This document shows, piece after piece, positions 20,144 through 30,368 of a DNA stretch of 64,000 bases; position 1 is the stretch's first letter; every line of letters begins with the position of its first letter. The notes under the pieces are model-generated. The model saw only the letters and a program-made list of their open reading frames with translations. It searched no databases and was not told the origin of the DNA. A program made the translations under genes and the position numbers. This DNA is from Sedimentisphaerales bacterium (GTDB lineage: Bacteria; Planctomycetota; Phycisphaerae; Sedimentisphaerales; Anaerobacaceae). The DNA lies in NCBI GenBank assembly GCA_963708075.1, contig OY970194.1, positions 3,168,001 to 3,232,000 on the forward strand. The letters are read 5' to 3'.

Positions 20144-21310
20144 ATGGTGGCAAATCCATTCCTTGGCGTATTCTTCCATTGGCTTGGCGGATTGGCATCG
20201 GGCAGTTTCTACGTGCCCTACCGAGGCGTGAAGAAGTGGGCGTGGGAGGTCTATTGGCTCGTCGGCGGCTTCTTCAGTTGGATCATCGCGCCATGGGTGC
20301 TGGCGTTGACCCAGACCAACGACCTCCTGGCCGTCCTTCGTGAAGCTCCGGGCAGCGCACTTTGGTGGGCGTACTTCTGGGGGGCGATGTGGGGCCTGGG
20401 TGGACTGACGTTCGGACTGACGATGCGCTACCTCGGAATGTCGCTCGGCATGGCGGTCGCGCTGAGCTATTGCTCGGCCTTCGGCACGCTGATGCCCCCG
20501 CTGTTCGATGGCACGCTTCTTCAGAAGTTCTCCACTCCGTCGGGTCATTGGATTCTGTTTGGGATCATCGTCTGCCTGCTCGGCATCGTCGTCACCGGGT
20601 GGGCGGGTATGTCCAAGGACCGCGAGATGTCTGAGGAGAAGAAGAGAGAGGTCATCAAGGAGTTCAACTTCTGGAAAGGAATCCTGGTGGCCACGTTCTC
20701 GGGCATTATGAGCGCCAGTTTCGCCTACGGGCTCAACGCGGCCCAGCCTATCGCCGAACTCTCCGCCCAGCACGGCACGACGATCCTCTGGACCGGCCTG
20801 CCGAAGCTCTGCGTGGTGCTGCTCGGCGGCTTCACCACCAACTTCATCTGGTGCGTGCTGCTGAACGTCAAGAACGGGACCGGCTACCAGTACTTCCGCC
20901 AGACGCCCCGCCGGGAATCACCGCCGCGTGGAGCCATGCTTGCGGCCGCAATCGACACACCGACCGGGCAGACTGTCACGGAGATACCGGTCACCGTGGT
21001 CAACGCTGTCGCGGCTGTACCGATGCTGAGCAATTACATCTTCTGCGCGCTGGCCGGCGTCACGTGGTATCTGCAGTTCTTCTTCTATACGATGGGCGAG
21101 ACGCAGATGGGCGACTACAAGTTCTCCAGTTGGACGCTCCACATGGCCAGCATCATCATCTTCAGCTCGCTCTGGGGCATCGCCTTGAAAGAGTGGCAAG
21201 GCAGCAGCAGCGGCACCAAGAGCAAGCTGACGCTGGGGCTGCTCATGCTGATCCTCTCGACGATCATCGTCGGCTACGGCAATTACCTCGGCGCTCAAAC
21301 GGCACAGTAA
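20144..21310 (+). CDS. rhaT: L-rhamnose/proton symporter
   Basis: SFYVPY..VKKWAWE, WGLGGLTFGLTMRYLG, GGFTTN, QFFFY, SWTLHMA. Confidence 0.9.
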   Translation: MVANPFLGVFFHWLGGLASGSFYVPYRGVKKWAWEVYWLVGGFFSWIIAPWVLALTQTNDLLAVLREAPGSALWWAYFWGAMWGLGGLTFGLTMRYLGMSLGMAVALSYCSAFGTLMPPLFDGTLLQKFSTPSGHWILFGIIVCLLGIVVTGWAGMSKDREMSEEKKREVIKEFNFWKGILVATFSGIMSASFAYGLNAAQPIAELSAQHGTTILWTGLPKLCVVLLGGFTTNFIWCVLLNVKNGTGYQYFRQTPRRESPPRGAMLAAAIDTPTGQTVTEIPVTVVNAVAAVPMLSNYIFCALAGVTWYLQFFFYTMGETQMGDYKFSSWTLHMASIIIFSSLWGIALKEWQGSSSGTKSKLTLGLLMLILSTIIVGYGNYLGAQTAQ

Positions 21311-21354
21311 GTCGGGAGCGGTCACGCAAAGAACCTGAGACAAGGAAGAACAGA

Positions 21355-22817
21355 ATGAGCCCGGAGCAGCAATCGCAGGAGACCCATAGCGGCAGTGAGT
21401 TTGAGCGAGAGCCGGTGCCGCAGAATCGACTGCTCGGCTTCCGAAGTTTCGTCGGCATGTACGCCGGCGAGCATACGGCCGGCACCGAGCTGATGATTGG
21501 CCCGCTGTTCGTAGCCGCGGGCGTCAGCGCGTTCGATGTCGTTGTCGGCCTGCTCGTGGGCAACCTGCTGGCGGTGCTGAGTTGGGTTTTTATGTGTGCC
21601 CCGATCGCCACGCGGGCGAGGCTCACGCTGTACTACCAATTGGAAAAGATCTGCGGGCGGCAGTCTTGTGACGCTCTACGACCTGGCCAACGGCGTGATG
21701 TTCTGCATCCTCGCCGGGGCGATGGTGACGGTCTCCGCCACGGCCTTGGGCGTCTGGTTCCACTTCGAGATGCCTGCGCTGGACGACCTCTATCCCAACA
21801 GCATCGGCTGGGTTATCGCCGTGCTCGTATCCGGTGCGATGATTGCTGTTGTGGCCGCGTACGGGTATCAGATCGTTGCCAAGGTCGGAGAAATCGCCGC
21901 ACCGTGGATGGTGCTGGTGTTCATCGCGTTCGGACTCGTCGGCCTGCGGCAGTTCATCGATGCCACAGGAACTCAGATCACGAACCTGTCCGATGTATGG
22001 ATGCTCGCAAAAACGCAAATCTGGCAAGGGCGGCGCACCGCACTGCCGGGTCAGAGTGAAGTTCACGTTCTGGCACGTGATGTTCTTCGCGTGGTTCTGC
22101 AATATGGCGATGCACATCGGAATGTCCGACCTGTCCGTGCTGCGTTTCGCAAAGAAATCGTGGTACGGCGTGGCCAGCGGGACCGGCATGTTCCTCGGGC
22201 ACTACCTGGCATGGCTGGCGGCGTCCATCCTCTACGCGTTCCAAGTGCATCAGGACCCGAGCAATACGAAGGTCCTGCCCGGACCGCTCGCCTACCAGGC
22301 CGCCGGCCTGGCGGGACTCATCTGCGTGATCATCGCCGGCTGGACCACGGCCAACCCGACTATATATCGTGCCGGACTGGCCTTCCAGGCGGTCATCCCA
22401 AAGGCATCGCGATTCCGGGTGACACTGATCACGGGCGGCATCGCCACCGTGGCCGGGATGTTCCCGGCCATCACCATGAGGCTGCTGGACTTCGTGGCGC
22501 TTTATGGCTTGCTGCTGATGCCGATGGGTGCGGTGATCTTCGTGGACTTCTGGCTGATCCGTAAGTTCGGCCTGCAGAGCTACTACGCCGAGCGCTGCGG
22601 GGCCGCGTTCAACTGGGCCGCCGGCGCCGCCTGGCTCGTGACGCTGGCCATCGCCTTTATCCTGGTCAAGTACGCCGGCTTGCAGATTTTCTTCGTGTCG
22701 CTACCCGGCTGGTTCATCGCCGCAACACTCTATATCGGCTTGAGCGTGGTTTATCAACGAGTCGTCCGCCCGGTAATCGCCCAGCCCAAAGTCCGCCCCG
22801 GAATGGCACAGGCATAG
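21355..22817 (+). CDS. NCS1/cytosine-permease-family transporter, frameshifted near 21660 and 22030-22055
   Basis: Continuous hydrophobic permease across three frames (EFEREPV, GEHTAGTE, WFCNMAMH, GWTTANPTIY). Likely sequencing indels, otherwise a pseudogene. Confidence 0.75.
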
Positions 22818-22827
22818 GAGAGATCAC

Positions 22828-23001
22828 ATGCGTACTGCATTCATTGTCATCTCGGTGCTTTCTCTGGTCGTCCTGATGGTGCCGTCGATTCTCTTCCTGG
22901 CCGGACGCATGGAGCTCGACACAGTCAAATGGGTCATGCTCGCCGCGACAGTCGTATGGTTCGTCGCCGCCCCTCCCTGGCTCTGGAAGCAAACCGGCTA
23001 A
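22828..23001 (+). CDS. 57-aa two-TM membrane protein
   Basis: Below the ORF-track cutoff. RBS AGGAG; MRTAFIVISVLSLVVLMVPSILFLAGRMELDTVKWVMLAATVVWFVAAPPWLWKQTG. Confidence 0.75.
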   Translation: MRTAFIVISVLSLVVLMVPSILFLAGRMELDTVKWVMLAATVVWFVAAPPWLWKQTG

Positions 23002-23040
23002 GCCATCCAAAGCAGGTCTTGAGATCCCACTGGTTATGTG

Positions 23041-23129
23041 TTGGGTGCCATGCTTACGCTTGCTTGCGTAAGCATGCCCCTGTGCGGCTGCCCAAAGCAT
23101 GTCCACGCAATCGCGGACATGGCACCCAA
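23041..23129. repeat. GGGTGCCA-ended composite palindromic element
   Basis: TTGGGTGCCATG...CATGGCACCCAA with two internal hairpins. Confidence 0.75.
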
Positions 23130-23222
23130 TCCTGTGCCACGCGATATTCCAAAGCGCCCTGGCTTGTGCGCACCAGGTTCCTGCCCCCCTTCTCATGTGT
23201 CTGTGAAAGTAACCTGGGAGTC

Positions 23223-23306
23223 GGGTGGCATCGGCAAGCGGAGCTTGCCGATGGGTGCTACGCATCTGAGGAGCCATCGGCAAGCTGGCGCTTGCCGCTG
23301 CCACCC
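23223..23306. repeat. GGGTGGCA-ended composite palindromic element
   Basis: GGGTGGCATCGGCAAGC..GCTTGCCGATG ... CATCGGCAAGC..GCTTGCCGCTGCCACCC. Confidence 0.75.
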
Positions 23307-23442
23307 AGCACAGTGCCCTGAGATCTGCCCAGACACCTTCTCATTAGGAACCGCAAAACCCAGTGGACACCGGAGAACAGATGTGCTAATAATAGCGGTT
23401 TTTGGAATGGGCCACGAATCTACGAAATGAGGTGCTGTTGTG

Positions 23443-25407
23443 ATGGATAAGGCGTTAGCGGATCTGATTCGGATTTCGAATGTTACGGGCAGGGACCCGG
23501 CGCTGGTGCTGGGCGGCGGCGGCAATACGTCGGTCAAGACCGGGGACGGCCGATACATGTATATCAAGGCCAGCGGCACGGCCCTGAAGGACATGTGCCG
23601 GGAGCGAGGCTGGCGGCGGCTGAAAATCGAGCCGGTCCTGGCCATCATCAAGGACAAATCGCTGCACAAGCTGGACGCCATCGCCCGGGAGAACACGGTC
23701 GTCAGCCGCCTGCTGGACGCGTGCGACGACGGCTGCGCCGGTGGTGCGCGACCATCCGTCGAATCGCACCTTCACGCCCTGCTCAAGCAGTACGTGATCC
23801 ATCTGCACCCGCTGGTCGTCTCCGCGTACGTCAACGCGAGAAACGGCCAGGCTGAAGTGCAGAAGCTCTTTGCCCGCGAGAAGTTCCCGCCGCTGTGGGT
23901 GCCCTACGCGAACCCCGGCTACATGCTCGCGAGGAAGATCGCTGCACTGGTCGAGGATTATCAGCAGCAACACGGCCGCAAACCTCAAATCCTGTTCCTC
24001 GCAAAGCACGGCGTATTCGTCACGGCTGACAGCGCCAACGGCGCTCTTCGGCTGGTCCGCAAGGTAATTGCACTGTGCCAGAGCAAGGTAAAGCCAATCG
24101 CGGTGCGATCCATCAGGTCACCGGCAACGGAGGACATCACCTCGGCCAAACTGGCGGTCCGCAAGGCCATATTCGAGGCGACTGGACAATATCTTCCGGT
24201 GAGTCACTTCCCTGCCACGAACAGCGTTGCTACGTTCATGGCCCATAGCGAAGCCAGAGCCCTGCTTGCCGCGCCGGCCCTTCACCCGGAGGAAATGGTC
24301 TATGCAAACGGGCCGGCTCTGTGGTGTGAAGATTCGCGATGCGAGAACATCCGTCGCAAGCTGCAAGCCCGCCTCAGCAGGGCGCCCAAGGCCCCGTCCG
24401 CCTTCCTCATCAAGGGTCTGGGCCTCTTCGTGGCCGCCGACAAGTCCATCGCTTCGCTGGTGGCAGAGATGGAGGACGGCTCCGTCACCGTGCGCATGCA
24501 CGCCCGGCGGTTCGGAGGCGTCGTCGGCCTGAGCAAACGGGAGCAGGAGTTCATCAACAACTGGGAATCCGAGGCCTTCCGCAGAAAGCTCGTCAGCGGC
24601 GAGGGCAAGGGCGACCTGAATAATCGCATCGCGGTGGTGACCGGCGCCGGCAGCGGGCTGGGCAGGAGCATCGCCGTCGGCGTGGCAAGGGCCGGAGCAT
24701 TGGTTGCGCTGACGGACATCGACGAGAAGGCCGCACAGGAGACCGCCACACTCATCTCCCGTGAGAGGTCGAAGAATCAGGTCAAGGTCCTCCCGTGCAA
24801 CGTCACGAGCGAAGCCAGTGTATGCCAAGCCTTCGAAGAGCTACTGTCCTACTGGGGCGGCCTCGATATCCTCGTCAATGCGGCGGGGATCGCGCCGGCA
24901 TACGCACTGGTGGATATGCCTGTAGACAAGTGGCGCATGGCGATGGAGGTGAACCTCACGGGGTACCTCCTGATGGCCCGCGAGGCGGCGAGAATCATGA
25001 TCGCGCAGGGCATGGGCGGAAGCGTCGTCAATCTCAGCTCCAAGTCCGGCCTGGACGCCAGCAAGAACAACACGGCCTATAATGCGACAAAAGCAGGCGA
25101 GCTTCATATGGCCCGTGGCTGGGCTCTGGAGCTTGGCGAGCACGGCATCCGCGTCAACAGCATCGCCCCCGGCAATGTATTCGAGGGTTCAAAGATCTGG
25201 AATCCAGAGTATATCAAGGTCTGTGCGAAGAAGTACGGGATCCGGCCCGAGGAAGTGATCCCCTACTACGTAAACAAGACGGCCTTGAGGCGGGAGATCA
25301 AGGGGCAGGACATCGCCGACGCCGTGGTGTTCCTGTGCTCCGACAAGGCCCGCACGATCACGGGACAGACTCTCGTCGCCGACTCAGGACAAGTGATGGT
25401 TCGGTGA
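23443..25407 (+). CDS. Bifunctional class II aldolase / SDR dehydrogenase (RhaEW-like architecture)
   Basis: GGGNTSVK, KASG, RPSVES.LH, HLH in the N-domain; TGAGSGLG, NAAG, YNATK in the C-domain. Confidence 0.9.
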   Translation: MDKALADLIRISNVTGRDPALVLGGGGNTSVKTGDGRYMYIKASGTALKDMCRERGWRRLKIEPVLAIIKDKSLHKLDAIARENTVVSRLLDACDDGCAGGARPSVESHLHALLKQYVIHLHPLVVSAYVNARNGQAEVQKLFAREKFPPLWVPYANPGYMLARKIAALVEDYQQQHGRKPQILFLAKHGVFVTADSANGALRLVRKVIALCQSKVKPIAVRSIRSPATEDITSAKLAVRKAIFEATGQYLPVSHFPATNSVATFMAHSEARALLAAPALHPEEMVYANGPALWCEDSRCENIRRKLQARLSRAPKAPSAFLIKGLGLFVAADKSIASLVAEMEDGSVTVRMHARRFGGVVGLSKREQEFINNWESEAFRRKLVSGEGKGDLNNRIAVVTGAGSGLGRSIAVGVARAGALVALTDIDEKAAQETATLISRERSKNQVKVLPCNVTSEASVCQAFEELLSYWGGLDILVNAAGIAPAYALVDMPVDKWRMAMEVNLTGYLLMAREAARIMIAQGMGGSVVNLSSKSGLDASKNNTAYNATKAGELHMARGWALELGEHGIRVNSIAPGNVFEGSKIWNPEYIKVCAKKYGIRPEEVIPYYVNKTALRREIKGQDIADAVVFLCSDKARTITGQTLVADSGQVMVR

Positions 25408-25469
25408 CCCAATGTCACGATCTCGATGCATTTGTGATAAAACTTTTTGAAAAACGGCTCAGTTTTCAG

Positions 25470-25498
25470 TTGACAATTTGAGAGGGATCGTTTATAAG
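25470..25498 (+). promoter_or_regulatory. Near-consensus sigma70 promoter with no clear downstream CDS
   Basis: TTGACA-N17-TATAAG preceded by A/T tracts. Confidence 0.6.
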
Positions 25499-26070
25499 GA
25501 CGCACGATAAGTCACATGGTCCTCAGTAAGGAGGAGGCCACACCGGATGGTAGGCCACGGACCATGCAACTCATGGAGGAGTGCCTCTTGCAGGATGCAG
25601 AGGCCTGACGACAGGAGAGTGTGTAGTGAAAAGGCTTTCACCACAGCCCGTGGTGAGTGTTCGGCCGCTCGTGTTGGAGAAAATGGGCGTCCGTCACCAG
25701 GGACATGCAGGGATGCGGATAGGCAGCCTTGATGCTACTCCCCCGTACGATGGCTCCGCACCGACAACGATCCACACCCGGGCACACGCGAGTTGGAATT
25801 CAGCCCGGCCCTCCGCATGTTCTGTCCGCTCTCGCATCACCAAACGCAAGCAAGGTGGGTTCAAATCCACTTCTCCCAAACAATCGGCCCGCGGCGGCGG
25901 GGATCAGTGCTGTGCCGAGACATCGTGCACGCAGTCTGTCCTGCCGGCGATCGGGCCCGTGATCTGTCCCGGGCGAGGTCCGGCGGCCCACACGCCGCAC
26001 GAGATATCGCGCGGAGTCCGGATATCCTATTCCAGTCCATACTTCTCTTCATCTCTCACTCTTAGTATTT

Positions 26071-26127
26071 GGGGCGCGGCCTCTCCTGCTCGACATGTTC
26101 TGACAAGGCCGCGCCCCCACCCATTTT
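26071..26127 (+). terminator. GC-rich hairpin, possible terminator
   Basis: GGGGCGCGGCCT-N23-AGGCCGCGCCCC; short T tract a few nt downstream. Confidence 0.4.
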
Positions 26128-26541
26128 CCCGACACGGGAAAGGGAGAACTCCGGCTCCGTCTTCTGTACGAACACCGTGGAGCCTGAAGAGAGCGGGGGA
26201 TGCAGAGTGTGTCCAAATAGTTTCGCGGCATGGCTGTCAACCGTGGACGCGAGCCTGCGGCGTTGACCCGCAGGAGGCGACCACGTTTTCCCATAGCCCC
26301 GCACCGTGGCAATCCAGAGGACGCGTTGGGATGCTCAGTTGCAGAGCACGAATCCCAAAGTCGTGTCCTGACGGTCATGGCTTCAGCGACCTCTGGATTG
26401 CCTGATTTTACTGTGGGGCGGAGTCTTGCGGCCGGCTCAAGGAGGAGCCGGCCCCGCGAGGCCCGGGGATGGGCAGCCGCCAGCCGATGACCGGCTCAAG
26501 ATCAACGTAAGAGCCGCGGCAGGTTGAGCTCGTGCCTGCCG

Positions 26542-28911
26542 TCATCTCCCGTCCAGCAGCAGCGTCCAATCCTGCCCATCCGGCGCTACGAAGAGTCCAC
26601 CCTCCGAGACGGCAGCAGGCGACCATTCACCCTCGCGAGGATTGAACCATCTCGCTTTCACTCGCTCACTCGCAGGATCCGGCTTTATCCTCGCGCGCCT
26701 GCCGGCGGCAAAGTACAACACAGCCAGATCACTCTCTTGCGATCGCAAGCCGACCACAGAAGGGACGACCTCCTCTCCCCCCGGGGAGGACAGCGATGGT
26801 TCACCATTAGGCGAGGTCGTCGTGGTGCGAAGCCGGACTTCGTACGCCCCAGCCTTCTGGCTCAGCGTGACGTTCCGGCCGCTTGGGTCCTTCGAAACGG
26901 TGACGATCCGCGCCGGACCCGCCTGTGTCACATTGGCGGGTTTGATCCAGGCCTCGACGGTGATCGCATTCGACTGCTTCACGGTATCGATCAGTCTCGT
27001 CGGGGACTCGGCGGAAGCGATCAGCGTGGCCTTGGCGATCTGCAGTCCGCCTCCGTCCAACCACCTGACAGCCGATGCATCCTTGATCTTAAGGGTGGGT
27101 GATTGAGCTGCTCTTGATACGTCCTTGATTGCACCGCCCGTCCCCTCATGGAAATCATACACTGCCACAGGGTCAGTAGGCGTTGCTCCACGTCCCCCCT
27201 TGAACGACCGCAAGACCTCCGCCGCGTCCAAGGCACGAGCATAGATCGCCACACGATGCAACTCGCCCAGCCAAGGCCGATCCTCCGTCAGTTCATTGCA
27301 CAAGGCCAGCCGGAAACCCTCGTCCCAGTTGGAGAAATCACCTGCGACTTCGGTGGCCGAAATGAGACCGCCATCCACATAGAGTGAAGCCTTACCCCCA
27401 CGGTCTCGCGTGTATACCACATGCGACAGCTGCGTGTTGACAACGGTCTTCTGCGACGTCTCAAAGAACTCGTTATCGGGATCGAGCTGCCACCATGGGA
27501 TCGACGTAAAGAAATCGACGATATGGCCATAGCCTTTGAGCATGATCATGGAATCGTCGCCACGACCATTGATCCAGCCGCCGCCGGTGTCCGGTCCCCA
27601 GCCCGTGCCCGTATCAGCGCGCTCGCCGGTGGTCTGGTAGCCGCCGGCCATGTACATGCCCCAAGCCAGCCGCCGACGATTGTCTGCGCTGCGGGCGGGC
27701 GCCTTGCGACCACCACCCCACGCTGCCGGGTAATGATCCTCGTACCCGTATTCCTCGTTGATCTGCGGGATGATCCGCCCTGTCTTTTGCTGCTGGATGC
27801 GATTGTTGAGCATGAACCTGTAACCGCCGGACTCGTCCCAACTCTGGTACATCGCGAAATCCGCCCACTCGGAGGTGCGGAATGAGAACTGGCCGTGGCC
27901 ATGCACCGACATCACGTGATCGTACGGGTCCACCTGCTTGATCAGCGCGCCCATCTTGTTGGTCCACGCCTCATCACGGAACAGGTGGTACTCGTTGGTC
28001 ACGTCCCACATCACGTTGGAAAAGGCGGCGAGGCGGGCCACCGCGTACCTGTAGTAGCGCCGCTCGTCTTCCTGTCCCATGCGGGCCTTGCCGAACGGGT
28101 CGACGCCCGGGCGCGCGCCATCGACGTAGAAGATGATGGAGATGGCCATGTCCTTGTCGCGGGCGTACTGCAGCATGCGTTCGATCTTCTGCCAGTGCGA
28201 CAGGTTGAACCGGGTGACGTCAAAGCCAGGATTCTCCACGCTGTCCGGCCGCTCAGCAACCCAGGGATTCATCCGGAACGAAAACTTCTCGGTTGGAAAA
28301 ACATTCTCGTACCAGGCACGCCCATCCTTGACTCGGCCGTTGATGGCCACTCGCAACCGGTTGACCTTGAGCACGGCCAGCCGGTCGATGTTGCCGCGGA
28401 TCGTCTCATCGTCCCAGCCCAGCAACCAATAGGTCGTCGTGCCGTTCCAGAAGTAATGTTCGCCCGTCCCCTCCCAGAGGAAATGCCACGGATGATCCCT
28501 GTCCACGCGGATGAGTCCCCGCCGTCCGGCATTTTGGGCTGTGAATCGGCCTGTGTGTGCGGCCTCGTACGCCCCCTGTCGGTACGTGACCGAATAGCTG
28601 TAATCGCCCGGCTTGGTCGGCATGAATCGGATGCGGAAGAGGCTGCCATCCGTGCTGTCGCAGAAACCGTCGACAGACACCGCCTGGGCGCCCGGTACTC
28701 CGAACCGGCCTTCCACACTCACGTCTGTGAACGGGTTGGAGACATCCGGCTTGTCCACGCGGAGTGTGACCTCCACAAACTGGTAGGAGGATACGTCCGG
28801 GGCCGATTGGTCGAAGGTCACGCCAGCCGGTGCAGCAGATAGCGGCACAGAAGCACCCAGCAAGACCGACAGGACGATTCCCGGCAACCGTGATGAAGCG
28901 AATCTACACAT
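26542..28911 (-). CDS. DUF5060/DUF4038 apiosidase-like protein with LamG insertion
   Basis: Signal peptide, DGFCDS..FRIRFMP, MWDVTNEY, NEEYGYE, LamG motifs, C-terminal WFNPR...DWTLLL. Confidence 0.8.
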   Translation of the reverse strand: MCRFASSRLPGIVLSVLLGASVPLSAAPAGVTFDQSAPDVSSYQFVEVTLRVDKPDVSNPFTDVSVEGRFGVPGAQAVSVDGFCDSTDGSLFRIRFMPTKPGDYSYSVTYRQGAYEAAHTGRFTAQNAGRRGLIRVDRDHPWHFLWEGTGEHYFWNGTTTYWLLGWDDETIRGNIDRLAVLKVNRLRVAINGRVKDGRAWYENVFPTEKFSFRMNPWVAERPDSVENPGFDVTRFNLSHWQKIERMLQYARDKDMAISIIFYVDGARPGVDPFGKARMGQEDERRYYRYAVARLAAFSNVMWDVTNEYHLFRDEAWTNKMGALIKQVDPYDHVMSVHGHGQFSFRTSEWADFAMYQSWDESGGYRFMLNNRIQQQKTGRIIPQINEEYGYEDHYPAAWGGGRKAPARSADNRRRLAWGMYMAGGYQTTGERADTGTGWGPDTGGGWINGRGDDSMIMLKGYGHIVDFFTSIPWWQLDPDNEFFETSQKTVVNTQLSHVVYTRDRGGKASLYVDGGLISATEVAGDFSNWDEGFRLALCNELTEDRPWLGELHRVAIYARALDAAEVLRSFKGGRGATPTDPVAVYDFHEGTGGAIKDVSRAAQSPTLKIKDASAVRWLDGGGLQIAKATLIASAESPTRLIDTVKQSNAITVEAWIKPANVTQAGPARIVTVSKDPSGRNVTLSQKAGAYEVRLRTTTTSPNGEPSLSSPGGEEVVPSVVGLRSQESDLAVLYFAAGRRARIKPDPASERVKARWFNPREGEWSPAAVSEGGLFVAPDGQDWTLLLDGR

Positions 28912-28949
28912 AACGATATACCTCCACTTGCTCAGAGCAATGAGCATGC

Positions 28950-30348
28950 TTAGTACACCACATTCCGAGCGAGAACCAACACCCAGTCCGGCTCGCCGGC
29001 GGCGTTGCTGGCGATCGGGGTAAGATCACGCTTGCCTTCGTTGCGAAACGGAGAGCCTTCGACGGACTTGAATTGTCCGCTCGTCGGGTCGAACCATATG
29101 CCGGTGACAGGCCCGCGAAGGCGACCCATGTCCACTTGGATCGTCCCGCCGGTCGGTGCATACACAATCGCACCCGTGCCCTCGTCCGTGAGCGAGGCGG
29201 CCACAAAATTCGCCTGCTTCCACTGGCCATGGCCACCGATCACCAATTCGTGCTTCGTGTCCGGGATCAGCCGCCACCAGGCACACCCCTCCATCAATCG
29301 CCGGATGAGCGGGGCCTGTCGGACCGAGGCAACGTTCAAGACCTCCCGCCAGTTCGGCTCGAAGCGCCACAACCGCGTGCCAGCACAGTAGCCGCAGGCG
29401 CCGGAGAGAATCGCCCAGTACTCGTTGCGCCGGATGCGATATGGATTCCAGAGGTCTCCCTCTCTTAGCATCGGGCAATAGCTCGATGGCGTTGGGCTCG
29501 GCTTCGTAGCCGGTCTCGCCGAGGATGACGGGTCGGATGCGGTCGTTCCGCTGGTACTCCTTGCTCACCTGCAGGTATGAGGCGCCGTAGGTGTAGGCCA
29601 TGTTCACATCCAGCCAAGGCTCCTTGTTGAAGAAGTCGGCACTGGAGAACTCGTGCTCCATGTGCGCGGTGTGCAGATGGTGTGGCGCCTCCTGTTTGAT
29701 GGCAATCGCAAGCTCGTTCGCGCACTTGGCCAACCGCTCGTCAGCATTGCGGTCGCCGCAGTGCATCCACATCAGGTTCTTGAACCGCGCGTAGCGCCGG
29801 CCCAGGAAGTGGCCGTAGGTCCGGGCGCTCTCGGGTGTGACATGATGCATCCAGAGCCCGTTTCCCGCGCCGTACCAGAGGTCGGACATGATGACGAAGA
29901 AGCCTTGTCGGGTAACCTCCTCCATCACGGTGTCGGCGTATCGCCAGTAGGCTTCGACGGGCCTGGTGATGTCCTTCTCCGGCTCGAACGCCACGTTGCC
30001 GTAGGCGTCGCGCGAGGGCATGGCGCTGTCGTCGAGGATTTCCAGAAACAGCGTGTTGAACCCCTTGCTCTTGCGGTCGTCAAGAATGAGCCGCACGTCC
30101 TCCAGCTTGAGCTTCTGGAGAAACCACGGTGTGTCGCCCAGCAGAAAGAAGGGTTTGCCCCTGGAGTCCACCAGATAGCGACGGTTCTCGCTGGCCTTCA
30201 AAGGGAAAGTGATATCGCCGACGCCTGTTGTGGCATTGTTGTCATCCGCAAGCAGGAGGCTGTCGGGCAGCAACCCGGCAAGAGCCATGCGGCCAACCAC
30301 CGCACTCTGGCGAGCGAGAAAACTGCGACGTGTGAAACGCGATTCCAT
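28950..30348 (-). CDS. Tat-exported DUF4038 (GH140-like) protein, frameshift near 29460
   Basis: TRRSFL, PFFLLGDTPW, WMHCGD, LGETGYE; continues in another frame to WFDPTSG...DWVLVL. Confidence 0.8.
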
Positions 30349-30368
30349 GATGCAAATCTCCTTCGAGA

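Noticed and set aside
25850..25880. tRNA gene suggested by GGTTCAAATCC
   Set aside because: No D-arm, anticodon arm or acceptor stem at tRNA spacing.
25581..26405. 274-aa ORF as a protein gene
   Set aside because: Ser/Pro/Arg-rich, no recognisable motif, runs through a strong hairpin. Not excluded, but unsupported.
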